Shown here: positions 1-6,794 of the stretch, piece by piece
Position numbering within the stretch: the stretch's first letter is position 1
Layout of the letters: each line of letters starts with the position of its first letter
Assembly (NCBI GenBank): GCA_964545065.1
Contig: CAZJEO010000009.1
Span: 1 to 22,664, forward strand
Length of the DNA: 22,664 bases
DNA from: Candidatus Woesearchaeota archaeon
GTDB taxonomy: Archaea; Nanobdellota; Nanobdellia; Pacearchaeales; GW2011-AR1
Direction of reading: 5' to 3'
Translations under genes and position numbers: made by a program
The notes under the pieces: generated by a model
What the model saw: only the letters and a program-made list of their open reading frames with translations
Databases searched by the model: none
What the model was told of the DNA's origin: nothing

Positions 1-1
1 A

Positions 2-400
2 TTAATCTAAAAAATCTTTAATCTTCTCTGTAATCTCTTTCATCTCGCCTTCCCCATATTCACCTTGTTTAGGGGGCTCAAAACCATCATTATCAAATCT
101 AGGAATTATATGAATATGAGCATGTTTAATTTCTTCACCAAAAACAAGCAAGTTAATCCATCGGGCATTTAATGCTTCTTTTATTTTAGGGGATAATTTT
201 TTAATTAATAAAATATATTTTGACAACAATTCATCAGGCATTACAAATAAGTTTTCATAATGTTCTTTTGGAATTACAAGAGTATGTCCTTCTCCAACAG
301 GATTAGTATCTAAAAAAGCCACAAAATCCTTACCCTCATAAATAAAATCTTCTGTGGGAATTTCCTTGTTAGCAATTTTACAAAATATACAATCTTCCAT
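2..400 (-). CDS. HIT-family (histidine triad) nucleotide hydrolase/transferase
   Basis: 132-aa ORF starting at the ATG at 398-400. It has an N-terminal CIFC motif and the histidine-triad signature HAHIHIIPR near the C-terminus. Confidence 0.85.
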   Translation of the reverse strand: MEDCIFCKIANKEIPTEDFIYEGKDFVAFLDTNPVGEGHTLVIPKEHYENLFVMPDELLSKYILLIKKLSPKIKEALNARWINLLVFGEEIKHAHIHIIPRFDNDGFEPPKQGEYGEGEMKEITEKIKDFLD

Positions 401-472
401 TTAGAATTAAATTAAAACTTCTTTAAAAATATATTTACAATTAAGAAAATAGTTCAAAATAAAAAACAAATT

Positions 473-670
473 TTATTTTCTTTTTTTAGCTGGTGCCTTT
501 CTTTTCTTTGCAGGTTTTCTTTTTTTCTTTTTTCTTGGATTCTCTATTCTAGAAACACTTGTCGTAATTTTACTAATTTTTCTTACCTCTCTCTTAAGAG
601 CTTCCAATGCAGAAATTTCTTTCCTAAGCTTCTTAATTTTTGCATCAATCTGTTTTGGTGTTTTCGCCAT
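473..670 (-). CDS. Small Lys/Arg-rich protein (coiled-coil head plus basic tail), function unknown
   Basis: 65-aa ORF with an ATG start. AGAGGT lies 8 nt upstream of the ATG (reverse complement of 675-690) and looks like a Shine-Dalgarno site. The tail reads PRKKKKRKPAKKRKAPAKKRK. No family was recognised. Confidence 0.5.
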   Translation of the reverse strand: MAKTPKQIDAKIKKLRKEISALEALKREVRKISKITTSVSRIENPRKKKKRKPAKKRKAPAKKRK

Positions 671-756
671 TTAATTACCTCTTTTTAATTAATGAATTCA
701 CGAAACAATTGTTTATAAACTTTTTGCAGAATTTTTTGCATTTGGCGTCGAGAAAA

Positions 757-2490
757 TCAGTGTACCAACTTCCCCGCACTTTCAAATTCAATTTCTTCGT
801 CAAATAATTTTCTCAAGATATCTTTCAATTCAGAAATTTTAACTCTAATTTGTTTTTCTGAATCTCTATCTCTCACTGTAACATCTTCCTTCTCCAGAGA
901 ATCAAAATCAACTGTAATCGCATAAGGAGTTCCTGCTGTCGCACTCCTCAAATATCTTTTACCAATACTTCCTGAAATATCATAATCTACAACAAATTCT
1001 TTTTCAAGATTTTTTTTAATCTTTTCAGCAACACCTAATAATTCTGGCTTTTTAATTAAAGGGAAAATAGAAACATCTATTGGAGCCATTGCATATGGAA
1101 TTTTGAACATAGTCTTTCCTTCTTGCTCTTCTTTCTTATCATAAAAAATATCTATCAATGCATAAGTCGGTCGGTCTGTCCCAAAAGCAATCTCCAAAAC
1201 ATGTGGAATAAATTTCTCTCCATTTTCTCTAACAGCTTCCAACATAACTCCAGAAAATTTCGAATGTTGTTTCAAATCATAATCTGTTCTATCATGAACA
1301 CCACAAACTTCTGTCCACCCATAATTATTTAATTTAATTTCAATGTCCCATGCATCATCTGCATAAAATGCTTTCTCATCTTCATGATGCTGACGTAATC
1401 GTATCCTATCTTTTGAAATCCCAAAATTTCTAAACTGCATATAAGCTAACCAGATACACCACCCATATACTTGCGTCTTAATTAATTTTTTCTTCAAAGC
1501 ATCTTCAATACTAATTTCTTTTATAACAAGATTTTTAGTCTGACTTTCAGAATCCCAAAAAGGGAGTTTCTCATTTTTAATCTTCTCATATTTTTCCCAA
1601 TTATTTTTCTCCAAAGGATCTACAAATAACTGCCCTTCAGCTTGGGTGAATTCTCTTCCCCTCAAAACACTTTGCCTAGGAGAAATTTCATTTCGATAAG
1701 CTTTCCCAATTTGAAAAACTCCCAAAGGAAGTTTTTTCCTAAAATAATTATAAAATCTATTAAAAGGTAAATAGGTCACTGTAGCGGTCTCAGGCCTAAG
1801 TGAAGCATCTTGTCCTGCAACTTTAGTCTTCATCATCAGACTTTGCGATTCAATATATTTTTCAAAACCTCCCTTACAACTAGGACATTTAATTCCTTTC
1901 TTTTCAATAAAATCCAAAATCTTCTTATCTGAAAAAGAATCTGCAGGCACATCATATTTCTCTTCAATAATTTTATCCGCTCTGAAAACAGCATCACATT
2001 TTGAACATTTAATTATCCTATCACTAAAAGTTTCCAAATGCCCTGAAGCTTTCCACACCTCATCTGGAAGAACTGTAGGACCCTCTAATTCTCTTAAACC
2101 TTCTGCATTAAAAACTTTTCTTACAGAATTTTCAACTTTATTCTTCAAAAGTTTTCCTAAAGGCCCATAAGTATAAAATCCTGCCAACCCTCCATAAATT
2201 TCTGGACTCGGCCCCCAAATAAAACCTGCCTCTTGTACAAAACTCAAAAAATCTTTTCCCTCTTTTGAAATACTTTTCTCAACTTGAACTTGCTCTGGTT
2301 TCTGCTCTTCTTCCATAACTTTACCACCTTCCCTTGTCTTTTTAATTATTTCTGCTTTTTTCTCAGCGTCTTTTTTTGTTTTGCCAAGATATGCAATTGT
2401 CTTTGTCTTCACCTTGCCATCAACTCTCTTATTTTCATTAAGATAATAATATTCATTTCCATGAATTGTTTTCTTTACGATAAAAGCCAT
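757..2490 (-). CDS. glyS: Glycyl-tRNA synthetase, archaeal/eukaryotic alpha2 type, with an N-terminal extension of about 70 aa
   Basis: 577 aa. It contains EIYGGLAGFYTYGPLG and class II motif 2 YRNEISPRQSVLRGREFTQAEGQLF. A CxxC...CxxC zinc-ribbon insertion and a C-terminal anticodon-binding region are present. A TATA box lies 19-35 nt upstream of the ATG at 2490. Confidence 0.92.
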   Translation of the reverse strand: MAFIVKKTIHGNEYYYLNENKRVDGKVKTKTIAYLGKTKKDAEKKAEIIKKTREGGKVMEEEQKPEQVQVEKSISKEGKDFLSFVQEAGFIWGPSPEIYGGLAGFYTYGPLGKLLKNKVENSVRKVFNAEGLRELEGPTVLPDEVWKASGHLETFSDRIIKCSKCDAVFRADKIIEEKYDVPADSFSDKKILDFIEKKGIKCPSCKGGFEKYIESQSLMMKTKVAGQDASLRPETATVTYLPFNRFYNYFRKKLPLGVFQIGKAYRNEISPRQSVLRGREFTQAEGQLFVDPLEKNNWEKYEKIKNEKLPFWDSESQTKNLVIKEISIEDALKKKLIKTQVYGWCIWLAYMQFRNFGISKDRIRLRQHHEDEKAFYADDAWDIEIKLNNYGWTEVCGVHDRTDYDLKQHSKFSGVMLEAVRENGEKFIPHVLEIAFGTDRPTYALIDIFYDKKEEQEGKTMFKIPYAMAPIDVSIFPLIKKPELLGVAEKIKKNLEKEFVVDYDISGSIGKRYLRSATAGTPYAITVDFDSLEKEDVTVRDRDSEKQIRVKISELKDILRKLFDEEIEFESAGKLVH

Positions 2491-2494
2491 GTGT

Positions 2495-2538
2495 TAGGCA
2501 CTACAAATAACTATTTAAATATTTCGGTAGGCACTACA
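2495..2538. promoter_or_regulatory. 11-nt direct repeat taggcactaca (2495-2505 and 2528-2538) bracketing the glyS TATA box
   Basis: The two copies are exact and 33 nt apart. One lies just upstream of the TATA box and the other covers the predicted transcription start. Confidence 0.35.
2509..2525 (-). promoter_or_regulatory. A/T-box (TATA) promoter core of glyS, implying a leaderless mRNA
   Basis: aactatttaaatatttc lies 19 nt upstream of the ATG at 2490. The identical 17-mer occurs at 20811-20827 with the same spacing to another minus-strand ATG. Confidence 0.55.
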
Positions 2539-2557
2539 CACCCCCAAATTTGCTTAG

Positions 2558-2635
2558 GCGGAGGGCGAAGTCATTGGAAAGCGACAAAATTAGAAATTAA
2601 TAACGACTTTCCAAGGGCTGAAGCAGGGACTCGAA
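2558..2635 (-). pseudogene. Partial copy of the tRNA-Cys 3' end (T-loop plus acceptor 3' strand) split by a 60-nt hairpin insert
   Basis: gcggaggg (2558-2565) matches 2668-2675 of tRNA-Cys and gggactcgaa (2626-2635) matches 2677-2686. In the real gene these two blocks are separated by 1 nt, here by 60 nt. No 5' half is present. Confidence 0.45.
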
Positions 2636-2666
2636 GCATCACATCCCCTTATAACTTCTGTTACTA

Positions 2667-2739
2667 AGCGGAGGGTGGGACTCGAACCCACGAAAAATCG
2701 GGCTGCAACCGATTGCAGTAGCCGCTGTGCCACCTCCGC
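2667..2739 (-). tRNA. tRNA-Cys (anticodon GCA)
   Basis: Hand-folded cloverleaf from the reverse complement. The acceptor is GCGGAGG/CCTCCGC and the anticodon arm is ATCGG-TTGCAGC-CCGAT. The T arm is GTGGG-TTCGAGT-CCCAC and the discriminator is U73, as expected for Cys. CCA is not encoded. Confidence 0.88.
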
Positions 2740-2741
2740 AA

Positions 2742-2816
2742 TGCCCTGGACAGGATTCGAACCTGCGACCTACTGCTTAGAAGGCAGTCGCTCTATCCAG
2801 GCTGAGCTACCAGGGC
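2742..2816 (-). tRNA. tRNA-Arg (anticodon TCT)
   Basis: Hand-folded cloverleaf. The acceptor is GCCCTGG/CCAGGGC and the D arm is GCTC-AGCCTGGATA-GAGC. The anticodon arm is ACTGC-CTTCTAA-GCAGT and the T arm is GCAGG-TTCGAAT-CCTGT. Discriminator is A. Confidence 0.92.
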
Positions 2817-2833
2817 ATAATATTTGTAAGAGA

Positions 2834-2847
2834 TATTTATATTTAAA
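2834..2847 (-). promoter_or_regulatory. A/T-box promoter for the tRNA-Arg/tRNA-Cys transcript
   Basis: On the minus strand TTTAAATATAAATA lies 18-31 nt upstream of the tRNA-Arg 5' end at 2816. Confidence 0.5.
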
Positions 2848-2853
2848 ATGTTT

Positions 2854-3165
2854 CTATTTACTTATCTCTTTAAGGATACCTTGATATTCTAAAGGACTCT
2901 CCTCAAATTTAGAAATAATAAAATCAAATTCCTTAGGTTCTTTCAAACTATTAACAACCTCTTCTGTAGAAAGTTTTGTACAGCTCTTCTTAAACTTATC
3001 CCAATCCACCCCCATCCTTCCTCCTCCATTCTCAATACAATTTCGCTTCATAGAATAATAATAAAGTTGATTATTATCGTCATCTAAATAAAATACTCCT
3101 GGAAGAGAGCCAACAATCTTCGTGAGATCCTTACGATATATTTCTATCTTCGCAACAAATCCCAT
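2854..3165 (-). CDS. Hypothetical protein (103 aa from the first ATG)
   Basis: Intact ORF starting 35 nt downstream of the rnz stop and probably co-transcribed with it. The track start at 3174 is a TTG, and the first ATG is at 3163-3165. No family was recognised. Confidence 0.5.
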   Translation of the reverse strand: MGFVAKIEIYRKDLTKIVGSLPGVFYLDDDNNQLYYYSMKRNCIENGGGRMGVDWDKFKKSCTKLSTEEVVNSLKEPKEFDFIISKFEESPLEYQGILKEISK

Positions 3166-3199
3166 AAAATTCAAAGCACCCAGAACTATTTATTCTTTA

Positions 3200-4093
3200 C
3201 TAAATTTCAACAACATCTAAATCTTTAACAATAATAGAATTCTTGAAAACTTTTTTAGCATCATCCAAAATTTTCTTCGGCTCTTTTCCATATCTCTGAC
3301 TTATGTGAGTCAAGATAAGTTTCTTAGATTTAGATTTTTTAGCAATCTCTGCAGCTTGTTTCGCTGTCAAATGATTATGCATTTTTGCTTTTTCTTCAAG
3401 CTCTGAATTAAATGTAGATTCAGAAATAAGCAAATCAGAATTCTTCACAAATGGAACAATAGATTTATTTACTGAAGTATCAAAAACAAAAGAAATTTTC
3501 TTTCCACCTTCTTGAAAAGTCAAATTCTTTGCTAAATATTTTTTGCCTTTGTAAATTATATTTTTTCCTTCTTTCAATTTTTTCAAAAGCGGTCCTGAAG
3601 GAAGTTTAGATTTTTTCAATTTAACCCTATCTATTCTCAATTTTCCCTTTTTAACAAAAACATATGCATTACAAGGAACGCCATGAGTCATTTTTTTAGC
3701 TTCAATATAAAAATCATCTGTCTCAAAAAATTTCCCCTCAACTTCCTCAACTTCAATTTTTCCTCTCCTCTTAAAAACAAATGTTTTGAGAAGATTTTTC
3801 ATAAATTGTTTTGTTCCCTTAGGACCATAAATAACAAGAGTTTTATTATAACCACTCAACGCCATTGTTTGGAGTAAACCTGGAAGCCCTAAAACATGGT
3901 CTCCATGCCAATGAGTAATTAAAACTCGTGTAATTTTACAAGGATTAATTTTCGCTTTTCGAATTTGTCTTTGAGTTCCTTCTCCGCAATCCAAAAGAAT
4001 ATTCTCTCCCAAGTAAGTAAGCAAAATAGAGGTTGGATTTCTTTCAGCACTCGGTATTGAATCAGATGTTCCTAAAAAAGTTATCTTTACCAT
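3200..4093 (-). CDS. rnz: Ribonuclease Z (tRNA 3' endonuclease, metallo-beta-lactamase fold)
   Basis: 297 aa with the HxHxDH motif THWHGDHVLGLPGLL. The N-terminus is MVKITFLGTSDSIPS and the C-terminus contains LILTHIS. Length is typical of short-form RNase Z. Confidence 0.9.
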   Translation of the reverse strand: MVKITFLGTSDSIPSAERNPTSILLTYLGENILLDCGEGTQRQIRKAKINPCKITRVLITHWHGDHVLGLPGLLQTMALSGYNKTLVIYGPKGTKQFMKNLLKTFVFKRRGKIEVEEVEGKFFETDDFYIEAKKMTHGVPCNAYVFVKKGKLRIDRVKLKKSKLPSGPLLKKLKEGKNIIYKGKKYLAKNLTFQEGGKKISFVFDTSVNKSIVPFVKNSDLLISESTFNSELEEKAKMHNHLTAKQAAEIAKKSKSKKLILTHISQRYGKEPKKILDDAKKVFKNSIIVKDLDVVEI

Positions 4094-4127
4094 AACTAAA
4101 AGAACAGAAAATCGTTTATATAATTTC

Positions 4128-4379
4128 TTACTCTTTTTTCAAAACAGTTGAAGCTGGAGAAATAAAAATTATCGTGTCTCCTCTCAAGAAACCAAGACCA
4201 AGATTTCTCTTTACCTCGTTGTCTTGCATTTCTTTGATATTATCTAACACAAGGTTAATATGTATATCAAACGCTAATAGGGTTCCTACAAAGATTTTAT
4301 CTCCTTTCAAATGCACTAAAACTTCTTTTCCCTTCGAATTGTTCAACAAATCCAAGGGTCTTTCAATTCCGTTAACCAT
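4128..4379 (-). CDS. Sm-like archaeal protein (LSm/SmAP)
   Basis: The Sm1/Sm2 pattern is present: VLVHLKGDKIFVGTLLAFDIHINLVLDN...LGFLRGDTIIFISP. The track start at 4436 is a TTG. The ATG at 4377-4379 has a TTTATAAA box 22-29 nt upstream. Confidence 0.85.
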   Translation of the reverse strand: MVNGIERPLDLLNNSKGKEVLVHLKGDKIFVGTLLAFDIHINLVLDNIKEMQDNEVKRNLGLGFLRGDTIIFISPASTVLKKE

Positions 4380-4400
4380 ATTCAATTCATCATAATCTCG

Positions 4401-4408
4401 TTTATAAA
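4401..4408 (-). promoter_or_regulatory. TATA box for the LSm gene
   Basis: tttataaa lies 22-29 nt upstream of the ATG at 4379. Confidence 0.45.
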
Positions 4409-4440
4409 AGTTTCCCCAGCAAAATGACCCAAACAAAAAG

Positions 4441-4450
4441 ATATTTAAAT
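4441..4450 (+). promoter_or_regulatory. TATA box for the S8e/ppa transcript
   Basis: atatttaaat lies 21-30 nt upstream of the ATG at 4471. Confidence 0.5.
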
Positions 4451-4470
4451 CAATTTTATTGCATTCTAAT

Positions 4471-4824
4471 ATGAAGCAAGGAAAAAAAATATCAGGAGGA
4501 AGATATGTTGCAAATAGAAAAAAGAAATCTTATGAGATAGCTGGGCAAAGAAGAGTTATCAAAATTGGAGAAGAAAAAAGAAAAGCACAAAGAGAAAAAG
4601 GTGGAAAAAAGAAAATTGTTTTACTTAAGGCAAAATTTGTAAATATCAAAGGAAAAGACAAAAAAGCAGAAATAAAAAATGTCTTGGAAACTCCCTCAAA
4701 CAGATTCCTCGCCAGACAAAATATATTAACAAAAGGAACAATTTTAGAAACAGATCAAGGAAAGGTAAAAATAACAAATAGACCAACACAAGAAGGCATA
4801 GTGAACGGAATTTTAGTTGAATAA
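4471..4824 (+). CDS. rps8e: 30S ribosomal protein S8e
   Basis: 117 aa from the ATG at 4471 (the track start at 4459 is a TTG). It contains GGRY...RKKKSYE, ETPSNRFLARQNILTKGTILETDQGKVKITNRPTQEGIVNGILV, which matches the archaeal S8e pattern. Confidence 0.88.
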   Translation: MKQGKKISGGRYVANRKKKSYEIAGQRRVIKIGEEKRKAQREKGGKKKIVLLKAKFVNIKGKDKKAEIKNVLETPSNRFLARQNILTKGTILETDQGKVKITNRPTQEGIVNGILVE

Positions 4825-4845
4825 ATTTTCTTGAAAATTTTAAAA

Positions 4846-5367
4846 ATGATAAACAAAATAACACAACCAAAAGAATTTCCAGAAAAGGCATATGCAATAA
4901 TTGAAATTCCAAAAGGCTCAGAAAATAAATATGAAGTAGATAAAGAAAGTGGCTTACTCAAATTAGACAGACCACTTTTTTCTTGTGTCCATTATCCCGG
5001 AGACTATGGATACATCCCAGAAACTCTTTGGGAAGATAATGACCCAATTGACATCTTAGTCTTAACTTCACATCCAGTTTATCCATTAACACTTGCAAAA
5101 GTAAGAATAATCGGAATGCTCGATATGAAAGATGATAAAGAATCTGATGTAAAATTAATTGCAGTATACGACAGCGATCCAAGATACCATGAACATCTAG
5201 ACATACAGGATATTCCATCACATAAACTAAAAGAGATTGTTCATTTCTTCGAAAGCTACAAACAACTCCAAGGAAAAAAGGTCAAAATAAAATCTGTAAA
5301 AGGGAAAAGAGAAGCAATGATAGATCTAAAGAAAGCCAAAGAAATGTATTTAAGAAATAATCAATAA
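4846..5367 (+). CDS. ppa: Inorganic pyrophosphatase, family I
   Basis: It contains IIEIPKGSENKYEVDKESG, YPGDYGYIPETL and DNDPIDILVL. The track start at 4831 is a TTG. The first ATG at 4846 gives 173 aa. Confidence 0.9.
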   Translation: MINKITQPKEFPEKAYAIIEIPKGSENKYEVDKESGLLKLDRPLFSCVHYPGDYGYIPETLWEDNDPIDILVLTSHPVYPLTLAKVRIIGMLDMKDDKESDVKLIAVYDSDPRYHEHLDIQDIPSHKLKEIVHFFESYKQLQGKKVKIKSVKGKREAMIDLKKAKEMYLRNNQ

Positions 5368-5409
5368 ATAATCTTCTGCTTTTTACTTCTGAATCATAAC
5401 TATAAAAAA

Positions 5410-5441
5410 CAAAAGCTTTATATAAGCAAAAGCTTTATAAA
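5410..5441 (+). promoter_or_regulatory. Tandemly duplicated BRE/TATA module upstream of tfb
   Basis: caaaagctttata occurs at 5410-5422 and again at 5427-5439. The proximal TTTATAAA lies 25-32 nt upstream of the ATG at 5466. Confidence 0.5.
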
Positions 5442-5465
5442 CCTTGCGGAAACCCCTAATCCAAA

Positions 5466-6383
5466 ATGAATTTTGTTAAAAAATGCCCAGAATGTGGAAG
5501 TATTAATATTACTTCTGATGAATATTTAGGAGAAGTTACTTGTAATGACTGTGGTCTTGTAATCGAAGAAAAAATGGCTGACACAGGAATAGACCTCCAA
5601 GGAAAATTTGATAAAAGCGAAAAAAAAGGTCGTGGTGGAGCTCCAATCAGCATGCAGAAATTTGATAAAGGTCTAACAACAAATGTAGGAGAAATTTCAG
5701 ATATCTACAAACTAAAACCAGGTCAAACCCGTAAATTTCTAAGATTAAAAAAATGGCAGGAAAGAGTATCTACAAGTATTGAGAGAAACCTAAGACTAGC
5801 CATGGCAGAATTAAGGGTGATTGCCTCTTATCTAAATCTTCCAAATGTTGTGCGTGACGAAGCAGCAAGAATTTACAATTATGTTCTCCAAAGGGGATTA
5901 GTACGAGGAAGAAGTATGGAATCTGTAATTGCTGCCTGTTTATACGCTGCTTGCAGAAGCTACAATATTCCAAGGACATTAGATGAAATGGCGACTGCCT
6001 CAGATGTCGAAAGAAAAGAAATCGGAAGAACATACAGATTCATCATCAGAAAATTAGGAATTAAAGTAAAACAAAGCTCTCCCAAAGATTACATTTCAAG
6101 ATTTTCATCTGTCCTAAAACTTTCACCAAAAACACAAAATGATGCTTTAGATGTATTAAGACAAGCAGAAAAAGTTGAGCTCACTTCTGGAAGAGGCCCT
6201 GCTGGAATTGCTGCTGCAGCCCTTTATGTCGCAGCTTTGATGAATGACGAAAAGAAAACTCAAAGAGAAGTAGCAGATATTGCTGGAATAACAGAAGTAA
6301 CAATTAGAAATCGTTACAAAGAATTAATTGAAAAATTAAAACTTAGTGAAAAAATAAAAGAAAAAGAAGTTCAAAAAAGATAA
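5466..6383 (+). CDS. tfb: Transcription initiation factor IIB (TFB)
   Basis: 305 aa. It has an N-terminal Zn ribbon (CPECGS...CNDCG), two cyclin-like repeats and a C-terminal HTH (QREVADIAGITEVTIRNRYKEL). Confidence 0.93.
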   Translation: MNFVKKCPECGSINITSDEYLGEVTCNDCGLVIEEKMADTGIDLQGKFDKSEKKGRGGAPISMQKFDKGLTTNVGEISDIYKLKPGQTRKFLRLKKWQERVSTSIERNLRLAMAELRVIASYLNLPNVVRDEAARIYNYVLQRGLVRGRSMESVIAACLYAACRSYNIPRTLDEMATASDVERKEIGRTYRFIIRKLGIKVKQSSPKDYISRFSSVLKLSPKTQNDALDVLRQAEKVELTSGRGPAGIAAAALYVAALMNDEKKTQREVADIAGITEVTIRNRYKELIEKLKLSEKIKEKEVQKR

Positions 6384-6423
6384 TTCTAAAGTTTTTTATA
6401 TCATTAATTTCTCGTATCTTTAT

Positions 6424-6507
6424 GCGGGGATGCCGGAGTGGTCAAACGGGACAGGTTTAGGACCTGTTAGCTTAGTGCTTACCAAGGTTCGAATCCTTGT
6501 TCCCGCA
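6424..6507 (+). tRNA. tRNA-Leu (anticodon TAG), class II with a long variable arm
   Basis: The acceptor is GCGGGGA/TTCCCGC and the anticodon arm is ACAGG-TTTAGGA-CCTGT. The variable arm is TAGCTTAGTGCTTAC and the T arm is CAAGG-TTCGAAT-CCTTG. Discriminator is A. A TTTTATAT box lies about 20-27 nt upstream. Confidence 0.9.
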
Positions 6508-6508
6508 T

Positions 6509-6529
6509 ATGCTATCTTTAAGATAGCAT
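6509..6529 (+). terminator. Hairpin plus T-run directly after tRNA-Leu
   Basis: atgctatct-tta-agatagcat forms a 9-bp stem and is followed by tttta. A second hairpin (aagatattta-cagg-taaatatctt, 6633-6656) follows the next copy of the tRNA 3' end. Confidence 0.35.
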
Positions 6530-6550
6530 TTTATGATTCTGAACCGTAAA

Positions 6551-6629
6551 GGTTCGACGAGCTTTTAGAGAAGTGACAAATTTAATATCAATAACAACTT
6601 TTCTGGGAGCGAGCTTCCTTGTTCCCGCA
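6551..6629 (+). repeat. tRNA-Leu 3'-end pseudo-copy 1, split by a 58-nt hairpin insert
   Basis: ggttcga (the T-stem/T-loop junction) is followed by an insert at 6558-6615. Then comes tccttgttcccgca (6616-6629), identical to 6494-6507 of the tRNA. Confidence 0.6.
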
Positions 6630-6697
6630 TTTAAGATATTTACAGGTAAATATCTTGGTGATTGCTTAAATTCAAAAATATTTCAGTGCTTGCCTTT

Positions 6698-6779
6698 GGT
6701 TCGACGAACAACTTTGCGAGCATTTATTTGTTTACGTAACTTATCGCGAGCAAGGTTGGAAGCTTTCCTTGTTCCCGCA
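6698..6779 (+). repeat. tRNA-Leu 3'-end pseudo-copy 2, split by a 61-nt insert
   Basis: ggttcgacga at 6698-6707 is identical to 6551-6560. tccttgttcccgca at 6766-6779 is the third exact copy. caagg-ttggaagcttt-ccttg mimics the T arm with an enlarged loop. Confidence 0.6.
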
Positions 6780-6794
6780 TTTTATTATTAAATA

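Noticed and set aside
2540-2666. An additional intact, intron-containing or split tRNA downstream of tRNA-Cys
   Set aside because: I could not assemble an acceptor 5' strand, a D arm or an anticodon arm. Only T-loop and acceptor 3'-strand matches to tRNA-Cys are present, and no bulge-helix-bulge motif is evident at the insert boundaries.
2284-2884. + strand ORFs 2284..2667 and 2675..2884
   Set aside because: They overlap the glyS 5' end, the tRNA-Cys and tRNA-Arg genes and the tRNA-like fragment on the opposite strand. Their translations are low-complexity or arbitrary.
6494-6779. Possible mini CRISPR array (three identical repeats with spacers of ~110-135 nt)
   Set aside because: The exact repeat is only 14 nt and is identical to the 3' end of the adjacent tRNA-Leu. 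There are only three copies. The intervening segments are partly homologous to each other, and no cas genes are present.
6573-6791. 72-aa + strand ORF from the track
   Set aside because: It lies entirely within the tRNA-fragment repeats. Its repeated FLVPAF peptide is just the translation of ccttgttcccgca, and it has no promoter or coding signal.
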